Shown here: positions 1-9,228 of the stretch, in pieces
How the letters are laid out: each line of letters begins with the position of its first letter
How positions within the stretch are numbered: position 1 is the first letter of the stretch
Assembly (NCBI GenBank): GCA_032027125.1
Contig: JAVSMQ010000001.1
Coordinates: forward strand, 1,108,149 to 1,172,148
DNA length: 64,000 bases
Origin: Candidatus Kapaibacterium sp.
GTDB taxonomy: Bacteria; Bacteroidota; Ignavibacteria; Kapaibacteriales; UBA2268
Direction: 5' to 3'
Program-made: the position numbers and the translations under genes
The notes under the pieces: model-generated
What the model was told of the DNA's origin: nothing
The model's database searches: none
What the model saw: only the letters and a program-made list of their open reading frames with translations

Positions 1-316
1 GTATTAATGAACTGATTAGATTTCCTGAAATGAAAGAATTATGTTATATGAAATTGCAGTTTATGTTTATATAATTCTAAAAATATTCAAAATAAAATCC
101 GGCTATATAAATTCCAAAACTGAACGGAAATAATTTCAGGTATCTGTCAAGCAATTATATAATTTGAAAGCAGTTTTTAATGTTACAATTATTATATATT
201 AAAGGAACTTGTTATCAATATGTAAAATAATGAATAAAATTGTATAAAATTAGTGTTTATGACTAAAAAATAATTTTATAATTAAAAAAAAATCGTGAAA
301 TTTGTAAATTAAGATA

Positions 317-1144
317 GTGTATTTAATGATAAAGAAAAATTTGAAATACTCGAAGACAAGTAAGGTTATTAAAAAAGCAGCGGTAAAAAAACCGCAGGCT
401 AATTCTGTTGATGATTTACCTGAAAATGAACCGGTCAGAATCAATAAGTTTTTGGCTGAAGCCGGCGTGGCTTCCAGAAGAAAAGTTGATGAATTAATAC
501 TTCAGGGCGCAGTCAGAGTGAACGGAAAATTGGTCGAAGAACCCGGAATAAAGGTTATGAACACAGATTTTATTACCGTTAACGGTGACCCGATAAAAGA
601 AATCAAGCATAATATTTATATTTTGCTGAATAAACCCAAAAATGTTATTACTACATCAAGCGATGACATGAACAGAACGACTGTTCTTGACCTTGTAAGA
701 AAACAGGACAGGATTTTTCCGGTCGGCAGACTTGACAGAAATACAACTGGTGTTCTGCTTCTGACAAATGACGGAGATTTAGCTTATAGACTAACACATC
801 CGAAGTTTCAGATTGAACGCACTTATTCAGTCAAACTTGATAAAAATCTAAAACAAGCACATGCCAAATCAATTTCTGAGGGTATTACACTTGATGACGG
901 AGAAACTACAGGTCATTGTGAAGTTACAATAAATCCTGAAGACGGTTCAAAATTATTTGTAACTCTAACCGAAGGAAAAAATCGCGAGATAAGAAGAATT
1001 TTTGAACAGTTCGGTTATGAAGTAAAACAGCTCGAAAGGAAAATTTTTGCCGGATTAACTACAAAAGGCGTTAACCGCTCTGAATACAGGCACTTAACTA
1101 ATCAGGAAGTGGCTTTTTTGAAAAAAATTACAGGAATAATTTAA
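317..1144 (+). CDS. rluB: Pseudouridine synthase of the RsuA/RluB family. It has an N-terminal S4 RNA-binding domain. Start could be 317 or 326.
   Basis: S4-like segment INKFLAEAGVASRRKVDELILQGAVRVNG followed by the catalytic-Asp motif VGRLDRNTTGVLLLTNDGDLAYRLTHP typical of RsuA/RluB pseudouridine synthases; Lys-rich N-terminus as in RluB. Confidence 0.8.
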   Translation: MYLMIKKNLKYSKTSKVIKKAAVKKPQANSVDDLPENEPVRINKFLAEAGVASRRKVDELILQGAVRVNGKLVEEPGIKVMNTDFITVNGDPIKEIKHNIYILLNKPKNVITTSSDDMNRTTVLDLVRKQDRIFPVGRLDRNTTGVLLLTNDGDLAYRLTHPKFQIERTYSVKLDKNLKQAHAKSISEGITLDDGETTGHCEVTINPEDGSKLFVTLTEGKNREIRRIFEQFGYEVKQLERKIFAGLTTKGVNRSEYRHLTNQEVAFLKKITGII

Positions 1145-1352
1145 AAAATATTAAAAAAATTAAAAATAAATGCGATTTTTATGTGACAAAATGACTTTTC
1201 AATTGTCATACATAAGAAACGAGAACAAAAGTAAAAAAAGTTTTTTGAAAATTGGTTTCTACGGGCAAATTTGATTATCAGATTTGCATTTATATTGAGA
1301 AAGTTAATTGAATTTTTATGTTTTACATTTTATAAACTATTTGAGGTTTGTG

Positions 1353-4300
1353 ATGAAAAAATACTTTACGAAGATTACAGCACTTGTGGCAATTCTGCTT
1401 ACAATGTCTGTTTTTAGTCTTCAGGCTAAAGAAGATGATGCAACTATCCGAAAGGATTTAAAAGAACAGCTGCCTTATCTTATGGGTTCAAACAATGCCG
1501 GTACTTTGTTCTATTTAGCATTTCACCCATGCTGGGAAACCAATTCCAATGGTAATGCACTTAGAATATATATATCATCGGCTGTCGCTACAACTGTAAC
1601 ACTCGAAATTAAAGGATTGGGTATTTTCCGTCAGAAAATGACCATCCCTAACGATGTTATTGATTTTATGCTTACCCCGTCAGAAGGACAACCTTATACA
1701 AAGACTGACAGGTTTGCTCCGTTACCTGAAGCAGTTTGGGAAGGACGTGCTGTAAAAATCACTTCCGAAGACCCGATTATTGTGTACGGTGTAACAAGAT
1801 TTTATGCAACCTCAGACGGCTATCTGGCTTTACCTGCAAGCTCATTGAGTTTGAATTATCAGGTATCGTCCTATGCCGACCCTACAAATAATACTTTCCA
1901 ATGGCTTCCGAGCTATACAAGTATTATCGGTGTTTATGACAATACTCGCGTAACTTTCCGTATGGGCGGCTGCGAAAGCTGCTTCGCTCTTAAAGAAGAC
2001 GGCGAGTATCTAAGATTTAACCAAACAATACGACGTACTTTGAATGAAGGTGATGTCTGGCTTATTCCGGGTATCGGACCTTTCAATGACCTGACCGGTT
2101 CTACTGTAAAAGCTAATAAACCGATTAGTGTGATTTCAGGTAACTTCTGCGCCTACATTCCTTCGCACATAGCTGCCTGCGACTTTATTATTGAGCAGGA
2201 AATGCCGGAAAATATGTGGGGTACGAAGTATCATGTTACTCCTATGCATACCCGTAAAAATTATGGTATAATTAAGTTATTTGCGAAAAAGCCGTTTACT
2301 GATATAAGCTCTGATGGCAATCCGGTATATCATATTGCAACTCCCGGCGGTATTTTCGGTACAGGTTATATTGAAACACGTTCCGGCGTTATGGGACCCG
2401 GTGATGTTGAGCCTAAACCGGTTGAAATATCTTCAAATCAGCCAATCAACGTCGTACAGTTTAATCCTGGTTCACAGGATGACGGTATCGAGAATGACCC
2501 GTTCCAGCTTGTATTGACTCCGACTCAGCAGTATCAGACCGAAATCGTATTCTGTACACCCGGTCTTCGCGGACAGTACGGATTTAAGAACAACTTCCTG
2601 AATATAGTTTACAAAGCAACTTCTGACGGCGGTATTCCTGCTGACATGATGTGGGCTGAAGTTGTTGACGGTAAGTTCAACTGGATTCCGATGTCATCTT
2701 ATTCCGGTAATCCGGGACAGAGATTCGTCACAACTGAACCTGACGGAAGACATTACCGTTCAAAATTCATTAAATTACCTTATGACGGTGTTTACCGCTT
2801 AAAAGCAAATGACCCGTTAGCAGCTTATGCTTATGGTTCCGATTACTATGATTCTTACGGATTTCCTACTTCAGTAGCAACTGCCGACCTTGAAACACCT
2901 GACAGTCTTGCTCCTTATGTAGAGTTTGCAAGAGACTGCAGCGGTGATGTTACCGGTGTTGTTATTGACGAACCTCGTATTGATCCGCCAAACCGTTCAA
3001 ATCTCGGCTTAGTATATATGGCTACCGAAGACAGCTACAATTACAAGTTTGAGGTTGAGCCTTTTATTGCCGGTACTGATGCAAGAACTAACTGGACTCT
3101 TACAGTTAAGAATTCCGCACTGAACGCACAGGCACACCTTGTATTTATGGACAGAGTAGGTAACAGAACCGATACTACCATCCTGCATTATGCAATTAGT
3201 CCTGTTTTAACTCCTTACTATAAGGATTACGGAACTTTCAAGGTTGAACAGCCAAATCTTGAAAAAACTATGCAGTTTACAGTCAAAAATGAAGGCAACA
3301 ATGCAATTACAAGTCAGTATGCAATTTATGTTATCATAGATTCTGACAATCAGGAAAACAAACCCGGTGATATCAATACTTATCAGAACTTTGATTTAGA
3401 CGGTATTAAAGACGTGAATCTGTCACCAATGGCAGTTGGTCAGGAACGTAAATTTGACGTTAAATTTACAGCTCGTGCAGAAGGTACATACAGAGACTCT
3501 GTCGGTATTATTGTAATTGACAAATCAACCGGAGATACCTGCGTAAGACAGTATTTTGCAGAAGTTGTAGCTTTCGTAGGCAATCCTTATATCACAGCTA
3601 TTGATAAAAACTTCTACGAGCAGGTAGTTGATACCAGAACTACAAAATACGATTTAACAGTAACCAATCCTAATACAGGTTCATACGTTGCAACAACTTC
3701 TCTTAAGATTACCGGCATAGTATTTACCGGTGATGAAATCGGGCACAGCGGAAGCGATGCAGTATTTGAAGTTGAGGGATTAGCAAATGTATCGGATGTA
3801 AATCCTATAATAATTGCACCCGGTGCATCACGTACATTCTCTGTAAGCTTTAAACCAAAAGCTGTACGTTCTTACAAATCAGTGATTACATTTACAGCAG
3901 ATGCTACTTTGCCAAAGAATTTCACAGTTCTTGAAGGTATCGGAATTCAGCCGGGATTGCTTGTGAACGGCGATGACTGGGGTGAGAGACTGGTTGACCC
4001 TAATTCTTACATACAGAAAGGCGGAACTTATCCTTATACTCCTTACGCTTCACCAAACGGTGCAATTGTATTAAGCAATGACGGAAGTGCAGTAGTTACT
4101 TTAAAAGTTCCTGCAATCGTTACTGATTTTAACGGCTCAGCTTTCAAATATGCTGTTGATGGAAGATCATTGACTGCACCCGGTGTTCTTGATGATTTGT
4201 TTAATAACCAGAAGATTCAGCCAAATGGAAGTTTGACTATTCCTGTAGTTTTTGACCCTAAAATCAACGGAAATCATGAGTTAGTCTTAAGATTTTTAAG

Positions 4301-5885
4301 TGATGCACTTTCTACTCCAACTTCAACTTTGGTTGGTATCGGTGTATTTCCTAAATCTGAAACTGAAAACATTGATTTCGGCCACAGTATAGTCGGTACT
4401 CCTAAAAAAGTCAAATCAGTTGATTTTAAAACTTTTACTTGGATAAATGATTATCCTTTGACAATAACTGATTTCGTAGCAACACCTTCAAATGCAGCTA
4501 CTACTATCACTGATTTCGCCGGAAACGGAACATTCCGCTGGGATAAAAACGGTATCAAAGATAAAGACGGTAATGTTGTTACACTTCCCGTAACATTGCA
4601 ATCAGGTGATTTCCTGACAATTAACGGTGAATTTGAACCTACTGTTGCCGGCTCGTTTGAAGCTACAATTACAACTGTAAGTGATGCAGAAGTTGAACCT
4701 GTTTCAACATGGACTGCAACTTCGGAAGTTGAAGGTTCGGTTATGACTCCTGCAACTGCTATTACATGCGTAAATTCACCTATAGTATTGCGTCCGAAAA
4801 TTAAGAATCTTGGTACAAACCAGCTTATCATCAATGGCGTAACTATTGACCCTGTAGGCAGTTTTGTAATCCAAAAACAAAACGATACTCTTGCTCCTGC
4901 AGGTCAACCCGGTGATGAAAAAGAGATTGTTATTACTTATACTCCTACAGTTGAAACAAGTAATCAGGTATTCGAAGTTATAGTTCAAACTTCTTCAACA
5001 ACTAAACCAATTGACTTCACTACTATTACTGTTACCAGTACTCATGTTGTTCAGCCGAGCTACAGCCTTGTATCTAAAGGCGGCGGAACAGGTACTGCCA
5101 AGAGTGTTGAAGTTAATCCGGGTGTCGGCGAAGCAGTCGGTTATTCAATATTCCTTAATACTACAGAAGGTGTGCCTCTTGCCGAATCAATGGTATTTGA
5201 AGTTAAAGTTAACTACAGCAAGAAATTCTTAGGCTTAGCTTACCACAACAGAGAATTGAAACAAGCTAAAGTAACTATTGGCAGCAAACTTGCCGAACTT
5301 GGCTGGGTACTTGAAGCTAACGTTACTGATACTGACACACTTATCAACATGGAAACAATCACTATAACATTCAGTGGTCCATCTGCATTGAAAGGCTCCT
5401 TTGGTGATATCCAATTAGCAACTGTAATTTTTGATTCATATCTTCCATGGTACAAAGACAGCCAGGGCAATGTTGTTATTGACACCAAACCTACTGTCAT
5501 TGAGCATGTGATTTTGAATAACGACCCTTGCGTTGCTTATACTTCAGAATCATCATCGGTATCACTTAGTCCGACCTGCGTTGACGATTTGCGTCCGATT
5601 AAGATTTCGACTAAAAAATACAAATTGAATCCAATTGCTCCTAATCCTGTTGGCTCAAATGGTGCTGATGTCAGTTTCTCGGTTGGCGGAAATAATATCT
5701 TTACAGAAGTAAAAATATATAACTCCAACAGCGAGCTCGTTGCTACAGTATTCAGCGGAACACTTAACCCGGGTGAATATAGTGCAAGAATCCCTGTAGA
5801 GAACTTATCAAGCGGTATGTACTTTATAGAAATGGTTTCCGGTCCGTTTACAAGCGGTTATGAAAAACTCATAATCAGCAAATAA
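1353..5885 (+). CDS. Very large (~1510 aa) secreted, multi-domain beta-sandwich surface protein with a C-terminal T9SS sorting domain. I set the start at the MKKYFTK methionine that precedes the signal peptide.
   Basis: Signal-peptide-like N-terminus (MKKYFTKITALVAILLTMSVFSLQA). Long Thr/Val/Asn-rich region of repeated Ig-like segments. The C-terminus (...TEVKIYNSNSELVATVFSGTLNPGEYSARIPVENLSSGMYFIEMVSGPFTSGYEKLIISK) matches the Por/T9SS C-terminal domain pattern. Confidence 0.7.
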   Translation: MKKYFTKITALVAILLTMSVFSLQAKEDDATIRKDLKEQLPYLMGSNNAGTLFYLAFHPCWETNSNGNALRIYISSAVATTVTLEIKGLGIFRQKMTIPNDVIDFMLTPSEGQPYTKTDRFAPLPEAVWEGRAVKITSEDPIIVYGVTRFYATSDGYLALPASSLSLNYQVSSYADPTNNTFQWLPSYTSIIGVYDNTRVTFRMGGCESCFALKEDGEYLRFNQTIRRTLNEGDVWLIPGIGPFNDLTGSTVKANKPISVISGNFCAYIPSHIAACDFIIEQEMPENMWGTKYHVTPMHTRKNYGIIKLFAKKPFTDISSDGNPVYHIATPGGIFGTGYIETRSGVMGPGDVEPKPVEISSNQPINVVQFNPGSQDDGIENDPFQLVLTPTQQYQTEIVFCTPGLRGQYGFKNNFLNIVYKATSDGGIPADMMWAEVVDGKFNWIPMSSYSGNPGQRFVTTEPDGRHYRSKFIKLPYDGVYRLKANDPLAAYAYGSDYYDSYGFPTSVATADLETPDSLAPYVEFARDCSGDVTGVVIDEPRIDPPNRSNLGLVYMATEDSYNYKFEVEPFIAGTDARTNWTLTVKNSALNAQAHLVFMDRVGNRTDTTILHYAISPVLTPYYKDYGTFKVEQPNLEKTMQFTVKNEGNNAITSQYAIYVIIDSDNQENKPGDINTYQNFDLDGIKDVNLSPMAVGQERKFDVKFTARAEGTYRDSVGIIVIDKSTGDTCVRQYFAEVVAFVGNPYITAIDKNFYEQVVDTRTTKYDLTVTNPNTGSYVATTSLKITGIVFTGDEIGHSGSDAVFEVEGLANVSDVNPIIIAPGASRTFSVSFKPKAVRSYKSVITFTADATLPKNFTVLEGIGIQPGLLVNGDDWGERLVDPNSYIQKGGTYPYTPYASPNGAIVLSNDGSAVVTLKVPAIVTDFNGSAFKYAVDGRSLTAPGVLDDLFNNQKIQPNGSLTIPVVFDPKINGNHELVLRFLSDALSTPTSTLVGIGVFPKSETENIDFGHSIVGTPKKVKSVDFKTFTWINDYPLTITDFVATPSNAATTITDFAGNGTFRWDKNGIKDKDGNVVTLPVTLQSGDFLTINGEFEPTVAGSFEATITTVSDAEVEPVSTWTATSEVEGSVMTPATAITCVNSPIVLRPKIKNLGTNQLIINGVTIDPVGSFVIQKQNDTLAPAGQPGDEKEIVITYTPTVETSNQVFEVIVQTSSTTKPIDFTTITVTSTHVVQPSYSLVSKGGGTGTAKSVEVNPGVGEAVGYSIFLNTTEGVPLAESMVFEVKVNYSKKFLGLAYHNRELKQAKVTIGSKLAELGWVLEANVTDTDTLINMETITITFSGPSALKGSFGDIQLATVIFDSYLPWYKDSQGNVVIDTKPTVIEHVILNNDPCVAYTSESSSVSLSPTCVDDLRPIKISTKKYKLNPIAPNPVGSNGADVSFSVGGNNIFTEVKIYNSNSELVATVFSGTLNPGEYSARIPVENLSSGMYFIEMVSGPFTSGYEKLIISK

Positions 5886-5909
5886 ACTTACCTGATAGTT
5901 TATGACTTA

Positions 5910-5947
5910 AAAGTCCGGTCTATTAATTTAGACCGGACTTTTTTTTG
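5910..5947 (+). terminator. Rho-independent terminator after the large T9SS cargo gene.
   Basis: Perfect hairpin aagtccggtc-tattaattta-gaccggactt followed by a T8 run. Confidence 0.8.
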
Positions 5948-6003
5948 AATATGACTTATCAGACTGCTTCGTCAATAGCATTTTAAAAAATAACTATATA
6001 ATA

Positions 6004-6639
6004 ATGGAAGATATTTCTAAAATAAGACACGAGTACAGTAAGTTCAGTCTTGACATTGATTCAATAAATAAAAATCCCTTTAAACAGTTTGAATTATGGA
6101 TGAATGATGCCGTAAACGGTGAATTTACAGACCCGACTGCCGTTGCAGTTTCAACCGTAAACAGTCTTGGAAGACCGTCATCAAGAATGGTATTATTGAA
6201 ATCTTATGATGAACGGGGATTTGTATTTTATACAAATTATAACAGCCGCAAAGGGCAGGAATTATCTGAAAATCCTTTTGCTTCAATGTTGTTTTTTTGG
6301 GATAAATTTGAAAGACAGATAAGAATTGAAGGAAAAGTTGAAAAAATCTCTAAAGAAGAATCTGAGAAGTATTTTATTACAAGACCATATACAAGCAAAC
6401 TTGGTGCATGGGCTTCCGAGCAGAGCAAACCACTAAAGAGCAGATTTACATTAATTCGTAAAGTTGCCGGTATAATGATGAAATATCCTTTGAATGTTCC
6501 GCTGCCGGATTTCTGGGGCGGCTTTAGATTAGTACCGGACGAGTTTGAGTTCTGGCAGGGACGCGACAGCAGACTCCACGACAGATTTAATTACACAACT
6601 GAGGGCTCAGTATGGAAAATACAAAGACTCTCGCCATGA
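6004..6639 (+). CDS. pdxH: Pyridoxamine/pyridoxine 5'-phosphate oxidase.
   Basis: Full-length match to the PdxH pattern: PTAVAVSTV..GRPSSRMVLLK..DERGFVFYTNYNSRKG.ELSENPFASMLFFW..ERQIRIEG; ~211 aa. Confidence 0.9.
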   Translation: MEDISKIRHEYSKFSLDIDSINKNPFKQFELWMNDAVNGEFTDPTAVAVSTVNSLGRPSSRMVLLKSYDERGFVFYTNYNSRKGQELSENPFASMLFFWDKFERQIRIEGKVEKISKEESEKYFITRPYTSKLGAWASEQSKPLKSRFTLIRKVAGIMMKYPLNVPLPDFWGGFRLVPDEFEFWQGRDSRLHDRFNYTTEGSVWKIQRLSP

Positions 6640-6667
6640 GCCTTAAAGGAACGTCCTTACTGAAGAG

Positions 6668-7099
6668 TTAATTTGAATTATAGGTATAATACATCTCTAA
6701 CGTGGTACCATTATGTCCGGATGTAATTTTAAGGTCATCCATAAGTTCTTTAATGATAAACACTCCCCTGCCGCTGGATTTGAGTAAATTCTCTGGTTCG
6801 AGACAGTCAGCAACCAGATTAGGGTCGAAACCATCTCCCTCGTCAGTTATTTTTATATATAAATTATTCTCATCAGCCTGAACAACAAAATGAACCCTTT
6901 TTCCGGGATTGAGCTTATTACCGTGATTAATGGCATTATTTATCCCTTCGGTAACGGCTATCATTACATTATAAAAATTCTCATCCTTAATTCCAAGGTC
7001 TTTTCTCAAACTTTCAAGAATAGGTTCTACCAGCGAAATCGAAGTCTTTTCACTTTTTAATGTATGTTCGGATTTATAAATTATATCATTCATTTTCAA
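6668..7099 (-). CDS. Anti-sigma regulatory factor / serine-protein kinase. Small HATPase_c protein resembling RsbW/SpoIIAB.
   Basis: 143 aa with an ATPase N-box-like INNAINHG, then ITDEGDGFDP and GRGVFIIKELMDDL (G-box), characteristic of GHKL-type anti-sigma kinases. Confidence 0.65.
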   Translation of the reverse strand: MKMNDIIYKSEHTLKSEKTSISLVEPILESLRKDLGIKDENFYNVMIAVTEGINNAINHGNKLNPGKRVHFVVQADENNLYIKITDEGDGFDPNLVADCLEPENLLKSSGRGVFIIKELMDDLKITSGHNGTTLEMYYTYNSN

Positions 7100-7100
7100 C

Positions 7101-9053
7101 TCAAAGTTTTATAGAAGTATTTAATATTAAATTAGGAATTTCATTTCTATAACCATCGTTAATAATTTGAAATTCGTACCATCCATTCAATTTCAATGTC
7201 GCTCCGCTAAAAAATTCAGCACTTATTATAACTTCAGGTGCATAGGATTCAGTCTTATAGTCAGAGTTGACAAAAGCCGATGCTCTGAAATTCTTCTGAG
7301 TCAGGTTAAAATATCTTGCCCCGACAGCAATATTAAAATTTTCATCATAATAACCGGCATAGAACTTATAAAACAACTTCAAGTTTCCATTTACCGGCGA
7401 TTCTTTAAAATCACTCCAGAACAAAGTACCTGTCTCTTTATAAATCAAATCAATTCTCGTGCCTAAATATAAGTTTTTACTTAAAATTATTGCAAGGGAG
7501 TCATTATAACCTATTTGTCGTAGGCTGAAACTTCTAACTCCCGGAGCAAATCCTTCAAAGTCATAAACAGTATAATTTGCCAGCACATAGGGTTGTGGAC
7601 GCATAAAAAACTTTTTTGTTTGAATTATTACTGTAGGTGCTAATTTTATACTTCGCATCCAAAAATTTGAAGCACTCCGGGAAGCGGAAAGATTAACCTG
7701 ATGATTAAACTGCATCTCAGCATCCAATCGAACTGATATCATTTCCGAAACTCTCCTGCCAAAACCTGCACTTATCAATCCCAGAAATTCATCCCTGTCG
7801 GAATTGTTCAACTGGCTGGGAGTATCAAATCGAGTGATGGATGTCATTCCGGACAAATAAACAGTATCATTTTTGGTTAAATTCAATATAGTTTTTGATA
7901 TGATTCTGAAATTTGCAGTAATATTATCAAGTTCGAATGATCTGGATTTAAGCAGATTAAATTCCTGCTGGCTGATATTGTTGATATTCTGTACTGAGTT
8001 TTCATCACTTTCAAAATTATATAAAAAACCAAGAATTTGACTTAAATTCCTACTTTTATATTGGATTTCAGGATTAACAGAAACTTTGAGTTGATTTCTG
8101 AACTGCCGGACTCCGGTACGAGGGTCGCCGGGTACATATTCGTTAAAAAAACGTTCGATATTGTTTTGTGAAAAATACAATTTAACCAATCCAACCGTAT
8201 TATCATTTAACCCGAATGAAAGATTTACATCCGTTACCAGCATATTATTAAATCTGGCTTCGAGTGAATAGTCAAAATCAAGATTATTGTCAGAAATATA
8301 CTGAGCATCACGTTTGAAAGCATTGTATCTGTCCAGAATTCTGTATGTAACATTAGCAGAAATAATATCAAATAAATCAAATTGCTTATAAATTGCACTG
8401 TTAAAATTCAAAGTTCTGTTGACTCTGTTCATATTTAACGATAAAAGTTCACCCTTCAGTTTCCCTGATAATCTGTATCCCCCAAACTCAAATTCATCTA
8501 CAAAACCATTAACTCTATATATCCACCCTCTGCTGTTTATTTCCATTTGAGTATTATCCTCTGCTCCCGCAGAAAAATCAATACTCATTTTATCATTCGG
8601 ATTAAATCTAATTCCGCCAAGTATATTCCCGCGTCTCAGTGCATTAAGTTCAGTCGAACCCTGATTGCTTATCAGTACGAAATCCCCTGAACTCAGTAAA
8701 GAAAAATTTTCCGATACAGGATAGTCATAAAGCAGACTGAAATCTTCTTCATCCTGAAGTATTGTATTGCCGGCTGAGTAAGCCGTACCGATATATTTCT
8801 GGTTAACAGTTAAATTGCCGTAATTTGACAGATGGCGGTAATTCATCAAAAAATTAAAACCGTAAATATTCAATTGTTTGTCCATGCCGTATGACAGGCT
8901 GTTCGGTACTGCGGAAATGCTGTCAATATTTTCTGTTTGAGCTGGTGAATACTGCCGGGACAAAATCATTATCATCAAAACAGTTAGAAATAAGCTTTGC
9001 CTTCTTATGGCAGCATAGATTCTTTGTGATAAATTTTTGCCCGCAAACTTCAA
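7101..9053 (-). CDS. Hypothetical outer-membrane beta-barrel protein (650 aa). Start uncertain. Translationally adjacent to the RsbW-like gene.
   Basis: N-terminal signal-like region. Long Asn/Tyr/Phe-rich sequence of alternating hydrophobic residues. It ends in an aromatic residue pattern (..NTSIKL) typical of OM barrels. No catalytic motif recognised. Confidence 0.45.
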   Translation of the reverse strand: MKFAGKNLSQRIYAAIRRQSLFLTVLMIMILSRQYSPAQTENIDSISAVPNSLSYGMDKQLNIYGFNFLMNYRHLSNYGNLTVNQKYIGTAYSAGNTILQDEEDFSLLYDYPVSENFSLLSSGDFVLISNQGSTELNALRRGNILGGIRFNPNDKMSIDFSAGAEDNTQMEINSRGWIYRVNGFVDEFEFGGYRLSGKLKGELLSLNMNRVNRTLNFNSAIYKQFDLFDIISANVTYRILDRYNAFKRDAQYISDNNLDFDYSLEARFNNMLVTDVNLSFGLNDNTVGLVKLYFSQNNIERFFNEYVPGDPRTGVRQFRNQLKVSVNPEIQYKSRNLSQILGFLYNFESDENSVQNINNISQQEFNLLKSRSFELDNITANFRIISKTILNLTKNDTVYLSGMTSITRFDTPSQLNNSDRDEFLGLISAGFGRRVSEMISVRLDAEMQFNHQVNLSASRSASNFWMRSIKLAPTVIIQTKKFFMRPQPYVLANYTVYDFEGFAPGVRSFSLRQIGYNDSLAIILSKNLYLGTRIDLIYKETGTLFWSDFKESPVNGNLKLFYKFYAGYYDENFNIAVGARYFNLTQKNFRASAFVNSDYKTESYAPEVIISAEFFSGATLKLNGWYEFQIINDGYRNEIPNLILNTSIKL

Positions 9054-9163
9054 AATATTTTTTCTGTTAATAATTTTAATAATTCAAACTTACAAAGATA
9101 ACTCAAATAGTCATAAATAAAAAAAGTATAATATCAAGAAGCCTTCTGAATTTAACAAAAATC

Positions 9164-9196
9164 AAAAGGCGGGAATTCTTTTGAACTCCCGCCTTT
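9164..9196 (-). terminator. Rho-independent terminator downstream of the M16 peptidase gene.
   Basis: On the minus strand: GGCGGGAGTTC-aaaaga-ATTCCCGCC followed by ttttgattttt. Confidence 0.7.
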
Positions 9197-9228
9197 GATA
9201 CTATTGGAAAAAATATAATCCGAAAAAA

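Noticed and set aside
250-444. Minus-strand 64-aa ORF overlapping the rluB-like start.
   Set aside because: Low-complexity Phe/Ile/Lys-rich translation of AT-rich promoter DNA.
2314-5728. Several internal or antisense ORFs within the 1510-aa T9SS cargo gene (2314-2517 +, 4451-4834 -, 4776-4988 -, 5011-5232 +, 5240-5500 -, 5537-5728 -).
   Set aside because: Entirely nested in a long, well-supported ORF on the other frame or strand. Typical shadow ORFs.
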